The translations under genes and the position numbers were made by a program. DNA of 62,724 nt, filler included, from Sphacelaria rigidula (lineage: Eukaryota), in the NCBI GenBank assembly GCA_964200075.2. It is 10 parts of 10 records of this genome, joined end to end, with 100 filler letters (N's around TTAATTAATTAA, not from the genome) between each part and the next. Parts side by side here need not be neighbours in the genome. Positions count along the whole stretch, not along the records: positions 1 to 6,183 come from CAXNAA020021678.1; positions 6,284 to 12,466 come from CAXNAA020021679.1; 8 more parts are not named here. The stretch is one strand, 5' to 3'. Shown here piece by piece: positions 1 through 11,340 of this stretch (positions within the stretch are counted from its first letter, which is position 1; each line of letters starts with the position of its first letter). The notes under the pieces were generated by a model. The model saw only the letters and a list, made by a program, of their open reading frames with translations. It made no database searches and had not been told where the DNA came from.

Positions 1-415
1 AAAAAGAAGGGGGGAAGGGGGGGGTTCACCACCGAAAACAGAATAACCAGCGGGGGGGGGGGGGGGGGGGGGGGGGGTTCAAAGTGCGAAAAAAATAAAT
101 AAATGCTACGCTTCTCGAACAACCACTACTCGAGAATGACTATACCAACCCCTCGCCCACGAAACTGTGATCTGTGATCTGAATCATGACCCTGGATCAG
201 TTCACGACTCCCGTACTCATGGTAAGAAGCCTGACACTGTACGGAGGACGAGGAACGGGTGCGCAATCATCAGGCCTACGCATGATTCGGCTGTTCGACG
301 CGTGATTTCATCACGGTTTTCGAGGGGACCGAGCGTAATTTCATGGTCAGAGTGAAATAGGGACAACCACCGAACATAGTGAGGTCGGAATAGGTGAGCC
401 ACAACATGTCTCCAC

Positions 416-835
416 TAGAGCACGGAAATGGTTTGTCTAAACATTAACCAGTTATATGGTTACGCGTAGGGCACTCACTAACCAGTTAAATGGTACATAT
501 TGGTTTGGTCATCGAGCGACGCAGCCGCGAGCCGAAAAGCCCCCCCCCCGGTAGAGGTGGCCACGCCGGAAGCACACCCCGAGGGCCCCGCTGAAGGCGC
601 CGTCCCGGAGCCACGTTTCTACGCGGTTTGACTGGACTAAAGCTAAGAAGTACATTAAATTTGGGCCAATTTTCAAGGGCTATATGTAACATACGTAGCC
701 GATGACTGCTCATGAAGCCGGTAACGGTAAATAATGGTTTGAAACCATTATCCAATTTTGTCATGTATACATTACCATTACTACCATTTTACAGTGATAA
801 TGGCCAGCTAAAAGTGGTACCATTTCCGAGCACTA
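416..835. mobile_element. hAT-type non-autonomous element (MITE), 420 bp
   Basis: TIRs TAGAGCACGGAAATGGT / ACCATTTCCGAGCACTA (15/17 match). 8-bp TSD GTCTCCAC (408-415) vs GTTTCCAC (836-843). TAG terminus plus 8-bp TSD is typical of hAT. Confidence 0.8.
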
Positions 836-947
836 GTTTCCACAGATTTTTTGCTTTTTCTTATGGGTGTGGTTTCTCGGGAAGACCTTTCCCACCGAAG
901 CTACGTGGCAGCGGCCAGCCATTGCTTGCTTTTTGTTGCTGTTGTTG

Positions 948-1185
948 GAAGGATCGGACTAATCATCGCCGGTTCGAATCACCAAAGTTACGATTTCTGA
1001 GGCCTGATTACTCGGAAAAGGGAGAAGAGTTGACCACGGGTCAAAGAAGTCTCTTGCGCAATTTTTGTGCTATTCCATGTGCAACGCTGGAAACATTGGC
1101 CCAAGAAGGATCGATTCGTACGGTACGAATCACATACGCTAATATCGAGTAAATTTCAGACGAATCATCATTCGTCTGACCCTTG
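948..1185. mobile_element. MITE of the CAC...GTG family, degenerate copy
   Basis: Reverse-complement homolog of 44379-44636. Imperfect TIRs and internal perfect hairpin GATTCGTAC-G-GTACGAATC. Confidence 0.75.
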
Positions 1186-1489
1186 CCTTATTGTCCCTGT
1201 TATGTTTTTTTTTTTCATTTCATTTCATTTCATTTCCTACACGTTTCTTTAGCGAGTGTTTCAGTTTTGTTTTCGTCTCGGATACGCGTATCATGTGGAC
1301 GATGACCACGGCTGGATCATGGCTCCTGGGGCATCAGTTGAAGTGCGGCAATCGATCAAATCAACCGATGGTCACAACTCTTCGTTGGAGTTATAAAGAT
1401 GTACTACATAGCTCGAATACATTCAACTCTCACGCTGAAAGTCTAGGTATGGATTCAAGATAAATATTCGACGGTTCCGTTCTACATAA

Positions 1490-2999
1490 AGGCTGCTTCA
1501 CGCTGATCACCCAAAAAATACTCATCGGCAAAACCTCACGCCATTTGAAGTAATTAGACGCTGAAATTTTGCACAGATATTCTATGGGACATTACGCAAC
1601 TTTCGAAGGTCAAGCTTTCATTTTACCTTCTCGACGATTTTCACCGTTTTTCGGGGGTCCCAGTTTTTCCGGGAAAATCGATCCAATCGGACCCCCGTAA
1701 ACCGGTAAAAAACGAAAGATAAGAAACCTCGCTCGTCCATGTTTGCGTAATGATCCATAGCACAGTTGTGCAAACTTGCAGGCTCTAATTCCTTAAAACG
1801 ATGTGAGGTTTTACGCTTTTGTGCGATGAAGTTTGCCATGCCGCGGTGAAACCGCAAACTGCTTGATTTTAGTCCGAAAACGGCGTTTTTCGACCTTCTT
1901 TGACGTAAACATGAAATTTTAAGCATCAGTTGATCGATTGTTGCGACGAAATTTTGTGGGGCCCTCCCTTGGGTTATGCGGCGACACATCGTTTGCGAAA
2001 AAATGAAATATATATATATATATATATACGTATATCGTAATATCGTAGTGCCGGTTTTCCGGGGCCCCAGAATGGAGACTACTTCAAAAAACGACTTGGA
2101 TCCCATCGAATCCCCACAAAACAGAAGAAAAAACTCAAGAAGTGAAAAAACCTCGTCCATCGAAAGTTGCGTAATGACACATATCATATTTGTGCAAAGT
2201 TTCAGGGTTTAACTCCCAATCACAGCGTGAAGTTTTGCGCGTTTGTGGAGGACGTGTGCTTGAAACGTGCAACTCCCAACTACTCGGTTTTAGTATGGAA
2301 ATATGAGGTCTTTGAGTTCCTCCACCAAACGTTGTACATGTGTTCCTTAGAAGATTCCGGGACGCATCATCATGTATTATTTCCCTTAAGGGGCATTATG
2401 TACCGGCTTTCGGGGGTCTTCATACTGGGACCCTCGGAAGCCGGTAGAGAACGGAGACTCTTTGAAATATTGACGAGAATACAATGTTTACATTTGGAGC
2501 ATGAATATCTACGGAACTGCCAAGTTTGAGGGCGACCTGAGCTTTTCTACAATAGATATAGGGAACACCGTCACGAGGCTCCCTGGGTCTTTCGTGCCTA
2601 TCATTAGTGGAAATTTGACGACGCCAACACCCGACATTACCGAAACATCACGGTTTCGGGTATAGTTCGACTCCCTTAGTAATCGTCTTCAAATACGTTT
2701 TTTTCGTTAGATTCCTGAGCCGATGGCGGTTACTACGATTTGAAGCATGTGGAGATTGGGGAAAACTTGGGCTAGCAACTCGTGATTTCGATCTCGGAAC
2801 AATTTGACGGGCGCTGATTGGTCGATATACCTTTTCGGCCTTAACGCCACCACTATGGCTTTATACACAAATCCGGCTATGTCACGCTCTTTAGCTGTCC
2901 ATGGCGGTGACTATGATATCATGTATGCGACTATTGGGTAGGTACTGCGAAAGGCATTTGCTGATGACACAATTTTGGGTGATCAGCGTGAACCAGCCT
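1490..2999. mobile_element. 1.5-kb non-autonomous TIR DNA transposon
   Basis: TIR AGGCTGCTTCACGCTGATCACCCAAAA vs TTTTGGGTGATCAGCGTGAACCAGCCT (26/27). Full-length inverted homolog at about 31992-33513. No transposase ORF and no clear TSD. Confidence 0.8.
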
Positions 3000-3314
3000 G
3001 TAGGCCGTTCGTGCATCGTCTGTCCATCGCGCCCACTCGAATGTTTGGTTCCATATCGGACAAAAAAATGCACCATAATGCGGACCAATTTCGTCTGCGT
3101 TTCCCCCCTGTCCCCCCCGAAGATATGAAACACCATCACGGCCACCAACACGGCTCGTTCCAATGACGGAAACAACGACCACGTTTCAACAACCATGTTC
3201 CAGCGACCACGTTCGAACGACCATGATAAAGCACAAATATCACGACAAATACCCACAGCGAGCAAGCAAGCAAGTAAGCAAGCAACAAACAGGCCAAAAG
3301 TAAATTAAAAATAC

Positions 3315-3476
3315 CTTCAGGTCATCATCCAGCCAAGCCGCCGTGAACACCAGCGTCAGCGCTAGGCTTATCCCCATGAGGGGCGGCAAGAGGCGCACGT
3401 GCAGGCAGTCCAGCGCCCTTTCGTACCCGCGACGCCGCCGGTCCGCGCGCTTACGAGCCGCCTTCATGATCTCCCG
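3315..3476 (-). CDS. Exon of F-box/transmembrane protein (REIMKAARK...LALTLVFTAAWLDDDLK)
   Basis: CAG acceptor at 3477-3479 and GT donor at 3313-3314. 162 nt, phase 0-0, in frame with the 4280-4912 exon. Encodes a hydrophobic segment. Confidence 0.75.
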
Positions 3477-4279
3477 CTGACATGCGGTGTGTGTGTGTGT
3501 GTGTGTTCAATTTTCGTTTTCGATTTCAGATGTCAAGATTACAGGGGTTGTATGTGATGAGGCTGACATGGCGACACAACAACGAAAACAAAAACAAAAA
3601 AGAAAAGCAAACAACGACAGCGACGACCACAACTACAACTGACGGATGCCGCGATAGCCCCGCTGTAGAAAAGTGGCTAGCTTGAGGAGGCAAAAGTCTA
3701 CATGTAGATCAAAATGACAAGAAGCGGAGCACACCGAGCATCAGGGGACTCGCACGCTTGGGATCGTGTTCGCCAATGTCGCCAATATGAGGTGCTTCAT
3801 GCCGTCTGAAATGAGCTATCATGCGCTGTGTGATCATTTTCCTTGTAGTAGTTTTGGGGCTTGTGGGGTGGGATATCGTGGCATAACTTAACGGTACCAG
3901 ATGCATACGCTAGCGTGACAAAAGAAATGGCTACACCCTGAGCAGCACCCAAAACCAGTCGCGCCAGCAACGCAATCATCATCACCACCCTCCACCACCA
4001 ACAACAAACTCAACAAAAACAACAAAACCACGCTTAGAAAAAATAAGGACAAAGAAAAAAAACAACACGTGAATTAACCCTCCTGACCTTCAAGTCAAAG
4101 CACACACGATGTCACTCTCCACTGGATCCATACATGTCATGTCGCAAACGCGTAAACATCTCTCATGACTCCATTTCATTCAAATGTACGAAAGTATACC
4201 CCTTCGAGTGAGGGAAGATCATCACATGGTCGAAACTTCCTCGGTATGATCGCCAAAGGGGCTACAAGACGATCTTCAC

Positions 4280-4912
4280 CTTCTGCTGCTTCTCCAGCCT
4301 CGCCTTCCTCTCCGTCAGCTGCTTCGCATACCGTTCCTTCGGATTCTCCATGAAAAACTCCCCAAGCGCCCCAATCTCACCCAGCCCCGCCCCCCCGCCG
4401 CCCCCCACCCTCGCCCCCCCTCCTCCAATCGTCCCGATCCCAAACGCCCCGCCCGCCCCCAACTCTCCGCCAACAACACCCCGCCACACTTCCGCACCAC
4501 CACCATTACTATACCGCCGCCCTGCGTCCCACCGTCCGCCAGCGGGGGAAGACGATGCCCGCCCGAACGGCCAGGGGCGGCGATAGTTGTTGCTGTTCAT
4601 GGAACCCCGCACCGACCGGTCGCTGCTTCCGATGCCGAACAAGTAACTGCCACCGAAACCGTCGTCGCTGCCGCCGCTGTTGTTGCTGTTCAGGTGGCGG
4701 CGGTAGCGATCCCCCGCCCCGGACCCGTCGAGCGGGTGAACCGGCGGCGGAGGAACGTGGCCCAGGAAGTCTCGGGCGTAGACGGCGGCCCACAGGATAC
4801 GGGAGGACGCGCAGCGGCGCCAACCCCGGCTTGCGGCGGTGGCCCGCGCGAGATCCCTGGCGTCCAGGTAGACCAGGATAGTCACTGTCACGTCCTCGCT
4901 TACGCCGAACTT
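4280..4912 (-). CDS. Internal exon encoding an F-box domain, Gly-rich linker and basic/coiled segment
   Basis: VSEDVTVTILVYLDARDLARATAASRGWRRCASSRILWAAVYARDF fits the F-box consensus. Pyrimidine tract plus CAG acceptor (4913-4915), GT donor (4278-4279), 633 nt open, GC-rich. Confidence 0.85.
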
Positions 4913-5354
4913 CTGTTTGTTGGAAGAGGTGGGGGAGTGAGGGAAGGGGAACATTTGATTTGTTTGTTTGATTGGTTGATTGATCGCCGCACGTGAACTG
5001 ATTTCCGAGAGGTCCAGTCTTGGTCACAAATACATGGACGTTTGATAACCCAAAAGGGTAAAGAAAAAGGCGACACTCGCCGAACTGAGGGAAAACGCGA
5101 GGAAGGGGGAAGGTGAATATTAAAGAAATACAGGTAATTATTTATTGTTATTATTATTATTATTTCCGCACATTAGTCCGATCTCGCGAACTCGTGGTGA
5201 GGACAGATTAAACGAAGCAAATCGAACGAAAAGAGACATGTGTAGATGAACACACACAGCAACAACAACGACAACAACAACAAAAGAAATGGGGATGAAG
5301 AGGAAGGAGAGGAAAGGAGAAGAAAAGGAGACACCAGCAAGAAAAAACAGCCAA

Positions 5355-6183
5355 CCCTTTTGGAACCGACCCCCCACTAACACGGGGTTGATCATGTGAT
5401 TGTAAAATGAGAAAAAAAAAGTCTTTGAGCGACCTACCCAATCACGGCGAGGCGGAACTCGTCGACCAGACCCGAACGACCAGCGCGGAGGCTGTTGCCG
5501 AGTGTGATGTCACTGCGAAGATCATGTGGGGGCCCTATCCCTGGCCCAGATAAGCCTTCCCAGGTTGCCAAAGCCAGGATGCTCGGAGCATGGCTTATCG
5601 AATTACTTGCTTGCAGTATAGCGTTCCCGGGATTTCCCGGGAGTTTTTTGGGGTCGCCAGCCTATACTAAAACGTAGTAATTACACTAACACAGGGTGGA
5701 AGGGGGGAAACCGGGAAGGAATGTACATCCTACCATGTGGTCATTTCACGAGGCACCAAACCCAGGTGGGCCGTGGAAAGACAGAAGGAGCTATCGTCAT
5801 GAATTCTGAATATCCCTCTGCCGATGCTTTTCAGTGTACAGTCAACATGTTTGTAGTGCGCGGGGATGAAGAAGCGGTATATAGGCAGTTGATCCCGATA
5901 GCTGAGAACTGCCCAGAACGTGCCAGGGAGTATGCAGCGGCAGGTGCTGCTGCAGTCGGAGAGGCGTACTGCGCTGTACTGTACTGTACGTATGCGCGCC
6001 GCAACGCTGATACCCTTCGAATAGAATTTGCCGCTTGCAACAAAGAGGGAAAATCGCAGCCCGCCCCGACCACCAAGGGCTGTGTGGCAAGGTGATGGGG
6101 ACAATTATATCATCCAAAGCCACAAGTGGCGGGCGGTCCACCGGTCGCCGCATCCTGTTGAAAGCTCTCTACGGCGACCCATA
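5355..6183 (+). mobile_element. piggyBac-like terminal fragment, about 800 bp, copy 1
   Basis: Homologous to 52020-52812 and 56682-57462 (both inverted). The best-preserved copy ends in CCC|TTAA geometry. Truncated by the contig end. Confidence 0.6.
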
Positions 6184-6283
6184 NNNNNNNNNNNNNNNNN
6201 NNNNNNNNNNNNNNNNNNNNNNNNNNNTTAATTAATTAANNNNNNNNNNNNNNNNNNNNNNNNNNNNNNNNNNNNNNNNNNNN
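6184..6283. other. Artificial contig linker
   Basis: N44-TTAATTAATTAA-N44, giving stops in all six frames. Confidence 0.99.
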
Positions 6284-6896
6284 TTCTGGCCATTTTTCGT
6301 ACCTTTCTTAGGCAAGAAACGAGAAGGTATACCTTTTCTGGGTCATTGCCCAACGTTTTTCTTCATCTTTAGGTCAGAGTGGAAGTGAAAATAGCCGGTA
6401 ACGGTGCACATTCATCTCTGTGTTTTTTTCAAAGCGAGATTTTGAGTGTCGGAGTCCTCTTTGCACCTCTTCACTCTGAAAACCGTCGTCCCTCGTCAGA
6501 GTTCATAGCGGAACGAAAGCGAACCACGCACACCTTCACCGTTGTCACGGCAAGTCGAAAGTCATTACACCCTAACAAGCAAAGTGGGACATGCATCATT
6601 CATCATAACTGCCATGCTCATCACAATGGCCCATTCACGATGTAGAAACGCTTGGCATCGCAATCAGAAGCCCTCCCGGACGCCGCCATGGTATCAGCAT
6701 TCCCTTTGTGTTGTGCGAAAATTCAAATCCTTGGCGGGTACACGACTTTGCCTTATTGGGTGCAGTTCCTAACTCTTGCCAGTTTCAGCTGGAAGAAGAC
6801 GCTGTGAACAATTCGTGGGCTACAGCGCACGAGTAGTACTACACATGTCTGCATATCCATACCGGTAGAGATCATGACCTCTTACACTACCGTTAT

Positions 6897-7036
6897 GGGG
6901 GGGGGGGAGGGGTATTCATGATCATGCATGCCATAGTCGTCAGACCATTGACCTCGTATCCCTAGAAAGCCGGGACGGGGCACGCCGGGTTTTCGCCGGA
7001 CCAGGCTCGCACCCAAGCACCAAGCACGAAGCGCCG
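6897..7036 (-). mobile_element. Short retroelement (SINE-like) sharing the LINE 3' end, oligo(C)-terminated
   Basis: Homologs at 27585-27706 and 7325-7440. The 3' about 60 nt resembles the LINE terminus at 7454-7530. Confidence 0.6.
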
Positions 7037-7187
7037 TGGTGTGTTTGGCGAATCGCATGACGGGTGAGCTCATCCTGCTATAATTGTTTGGCCCAAAGCC
7101 TACAACGATCGTACCATTGTAACACTTCGTAGTACGATCATCCCCATTGTGCGGAGTTGAGGTTCTCCCACGCCGCACAACATGATG

Positions 7188-7440
7188 CAGCTCGACTACC
7201 ATCATCGTTACCGCAAGAAAACGCAAGCGCGCAACAACAACGGTAGCATGGTTGTCTAGCTTACTTAGTGAGTGGCGTTTTTTACAGCGCCATGGCCAAC
7301 CGACGCAAACCCCATCAGGGGTCCGCCCCTACAAAGCCGGGATGGAGCACGCCTGGTTCTCGCCGGACCAGGCTGTGCGTTATGGGGGGGGGGGTGTACT
7401 CATGATCATGCATGCCATAGTCGTCAGGCCATTGACCTCC
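7188..7440 (-). repeat. Composite interspersed repeat containing SINE-like pieces
   Basis: 7188-7375 is homologous to 31418-31625. 7384-7440 repeats the oligo(C) 3' end seen at 6897. Confidence 0.65.
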
Positions 7441-8252
7441 CGGTTTTTGAGGAGGGGGGGCGTGCTCATTTGTTGCTTGCCTTAGTCGTTTGACTATTGA
7501 CCACGCATCCCTTTCGAGACTGAGCACCGTCCCTACTCCTAATAGAGCCACCTTCAACTTTCCGGCGCTCATTACGTCTCTTCCATATATTACACAAAAC
7601 CTTTTATATATATTACCCCCCTGTCACCATCTGGGGCCATCATATATCTCCTAGTATAGCCATCATTCTCTCGCTACTGTCAAATTGATTAACCGATGAC
7701 ATGCTATCTTCGTTCAGGTCCCGCATTTCCGCCTCTAGCACGTCCCATTTCTCTTTGTACAGTTGACATTCTGCCACTATACGACTTCTGCTCTATTTTT
7801 TATTTGCCACAGAGGCAGTTCTGTACATCTACTTCCTCCTCCTTCCGATGACTGGTATATATCTTTCTTCTTTCTGGCAGGTCCAGGCCCCCCACCCCAA
7901 ATCGTAGTTTCAGATTTTTCGCAGCGTCCATTGGGCCATACAAATATGCTTCAATCTCTTTCCCTCTCCCAACCACCCGTATATATTCACGTGTTTTTCC
8001 TCGTCTACTTCGCGTCTGAGTGCTCCTTTTATCCCTATTTCTACCATGCGTCGTACTTGTGCCTTGTACCCCGCGTCTTCATCTATGGACAGTATTTCGT
8101 CTAGGTTTTTTTCTCATCTCCTTCCACACTTTCTCGACTTCATTATCCCACATTACCCTAGCCTTTGCTTTCATACTTTTATTCCATACAGCCCTATCAA
8201 CTATAGCTGGAAGTCTCTTGTTCTGTACGTTCTTTACGCTATATTGTCATCG

Positions 8253-9400
8253 CTATTTCCTCATGTCTCTGTTTGTTTTAAGTGAGTACATTCCCAACTC
8301 TGCTCTCAAAACCGTATCACTCGTCGTTTTCGAGCAACCAAGTATCTTCTTAGCTGCTGCCATTTGTACTGTTTCCAACCTCTCCACCAACTTCGCATTT
8401 CCCTCCCATACTTCTCCTGCATATTCCAGCTTTGGCACGATCACATTCATCAGGATACATCTCTTGATCCTAGTGTCTAGGCGCGGGTCTCTGAGGACCA
8501 CGTCAATTCTGCCTATCTGTGCCTTACCCTTTTCTATTACTTTGTTCATGTGTGCATCCGGAGAACATTGTTTTGAGATCTCTACGCCAAGACATGTAAC
8601 TGGTCTGCGGTCGGCAGTTCCTCTTCTCCCCACCTCCATTAAAGCGCTACCGGATTTTTCTAATCTTTGTTACAGACGAATACCGTACATTTGTTGATGT
8701 TCGCTGTCACTCTCCATTTCCTAGTGTACTCTAGCGTCTTGTCTATCTCTGCCTGTAATCCTTCTGGTGTTTCTGAAGTCCCCACAAAATCATCCGCGAA
8801 CATCAATCCTGATGCCATATCTTCACCCACTTTGGCCCCTTGCTTTGCTGCTTTTATTGGCATTACCAAGTCATTAATAAAACCTTGAACAAAGTGGGTG
8901 ATAACGTATATCCTTGCGCAACGTCTTGTCAAATATCGAACTATTTCGATATTTCCCCGTCTAGCATCATGGCATTACGTTTCATCGCATTATGTCATCT
9001 TCTTCACCATTGTCCACGTCTTTCCTCTGATCCCAGCTTCCCACAACTGCTTTCACAACCAATTCCTCCATATTGTGGCATGAGCCTTCTGCACGTTCAG
9101 AAAGAAACAGTACGTTGTCCGCCCGGTGTCTTTCCTACCATGAATAATCTTACTTAGTGTGTACACATTGTCTACGCAACTACGGTTTGGTCTAATTCCT
9201 GCTTGTCCTTCGCTGATTTTCTCGTTCCTATTCTAGCGTTTAGAATCTTACAGAATGTATTCCGTGTGCAGTAGAGTTATCCCTCCACAGTTCCCTGGGT
9301 CAGCCTTGTCTCCTTCCTTGGAACGATTGACGACTACTCCTTCTCTCCACGTCTTAGGTGTGTACTCGTTTTCCCAGAGCTAGTTACGCAGCATAACCAT
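8253..9400 (-). pseudogene. LINE reverse transcriptase domain, frameshifted
   Basis: ORF fragments 8660-8932 (FADD catalytic motif) and 8253-8639. Confidence 0.85.
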
Positions 9401-10056
9401 CATGATAATCATTGCTTCTCTCCCGTACTTTGACAATTCATTTACTATTCCGTCTGCCCCTGCTGCCTCTCTGTTCTTGAGCTCATCTACGCATGTCTTT
9501 ACTGCATCTCTAGTAAACTCTCTCTGCAATTATTTCGAGCCTCTATCCTCCCGTTTCGACGTCTCTACATTTACCTCTGCCCACGCATTGATTCCTTACT
9601 CGAACTCCGTGTCGAACGTCGTGGTTGTTTCTGGTGTTCCTAGTCTACAGTAGTACTCGACTAGAACTTCAATGTTTCCCTTCGAACTACTGGCCATTTA
9701 CCCGTTCTACGCCCGGAGTGTCGCTATCTCACTTATTGTACTCGTTACATCTTCCCATGGTTCCTTCTTTTGCTTCTGAACGATATTTTTTGCTTCCTTT
9801 CGAGCTGAAGTACACTCCTCCCATCCTGTGGTACTTTTTCTCGACATCCATCTCGCGTGGGCCTCTCTCCTTACTCTGATAGCCTCTTTTACCTCCCCAT
9901 ACCACTATTTTACTGCTCTGCTGCATACGAGAAATTTCCTCCCTATGACTTTACTCGCTGTGTTCTTGACCATCTGTTCCCATCCTTTCATGATCTTCAC
10001 TCCTGCCCGATTTCTTCCCATTTAGGTATCAGCTGTACCTACGCGTTCCAACAATT

Positions 10057-10444
10057 CTATAAAATGAGGTTGTACACTAAAATGAGGTTCAAGCCCAAAA
10101 CAGTGCTTTCCCCACACTTTCAGCGATGATGACCAATGGCGTTTTTTTGCCTAATGCCCCTCGATCGCGTAAATACGTTTTCAGCGCATTATACCTACTC
10201 TGTGGGCTTACAGCGCTGACCGAAACCGTCAGTTTCCCTGATATCACCCCACCCTCAAAAGTTAGGGAAAATAACGGTTTCGGTCAGCGCTGTACGCTCA
10301 CAGAGTAGGTAAAATGCGCTAAAACAATATTTACGCGATCGAGGGGCATGAGACCGACAAGACCCTCATTGACCATCGCTGACAGTGTGGGGAAAGCACT
10401 GTTTTGGGCATGAACCTTATTTTAGTGTCCAACCTCATTTATAC
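10057..10444. mobile_element. Foldback MITE, 388 bp, AATT TSD, inserted in the LINE
   Basis: Almost wholly palindromic, with arms of about 180 bp around a spacer of about 20 nt. AATT at 10053-10056 and 10445-10448. Confidence 0.85.
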
Positions 10445-10511
10445 AATTGGATGTTAACCGCTAGGAAATTTTCACTGCATTTTTTGCCATCTTTTCTTGG
10501 AACTCTTGCCG

Positions 10512-11340
10512 TTATTCTTCCATATCTAGTTTATCGATTCTCCATTTATGCAACTTTCTACCCCGCCTATTCCTTTCAGCTTTCGTCTGTTGGCTTTCTG
10601 TCCATATTAGGAAATGATCTGTGGTTCCCACGTCCTCCGCGCACACATGTACTTCCATTTCTACTACTATATTTCCAAGAACGGAACGTTCCATGTTGGT
10701 TTTGCATTTTCTGGTCCATGTCTACTGCGCCTCTAGCTTTTGTGTTCTATCGTTCTGCGTCTTCATCTCATTGTGCTCGAAGAACTTGGGCATTTCTACC
10801 CCATTCGTGCTGTTCTTACCTTCCCCGCGTTGCTCGACCATATCATCCGGTTGACCTGTCCTTCCCACTCTTGCATTTAAATCTCTCACTTACATGACTT
10901 CTCCTTGCCTTTTATACTTATGTACATCTGGTGCTAACTCTTCAAACCTCCGTTGTATATCGTTCACCGTACTCTTCGCTTCTGGGGGCATGTGGATGTT
11001 ACCTACTTCGTTCTCCGCTCTCTTGATACCCTTAGCCATATGTTTTCGTCAAATTTCGTGTCGTCGATCACTTCAATACTGTCACACAGATACTCTTTGA
11101 CCAAGAATCCTACTCCCCGCGCTCCCCTGCTCTTGGACTTCTGTCCCTTCAGCTTCTTCCCTATCCATGCGTACTCTTCAACTTTGCATCCTATTTCCAC
11201 CCTCTCTTTCTCCCATGACTCTTGGATTCCTACCATATCTAGGTCGTATTTACTCACTTGTTGCGCTATCTCTTTTATTTTGGGCTTGTCTGTGACGAAC
11301 CCACACACGTTCCACGATCCTATTCTTGACTTCCTTTCCG
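10512..11340 (-). pseudogene. LINE apurinic-like endonuclease domain, frameshifted
   Basis: WNVCG..., GIQESW, RGARGVGFLV and TDH motifs. Confidence 0.8.

Noticed and set aside
52..77. Long G-runs as functional G-quadruplexes (also 36304-36324)
   Set aside because: Homopolymers are common here, their length is error-prone, and nothing links them to a function beyond the retroelement ends already reported.
6228..6239. Periodic TTAATTAATTAA motif as a biological signal
   Set aside because: It is always centred in 88 Ns and is a synthetic six-frame stop linker.
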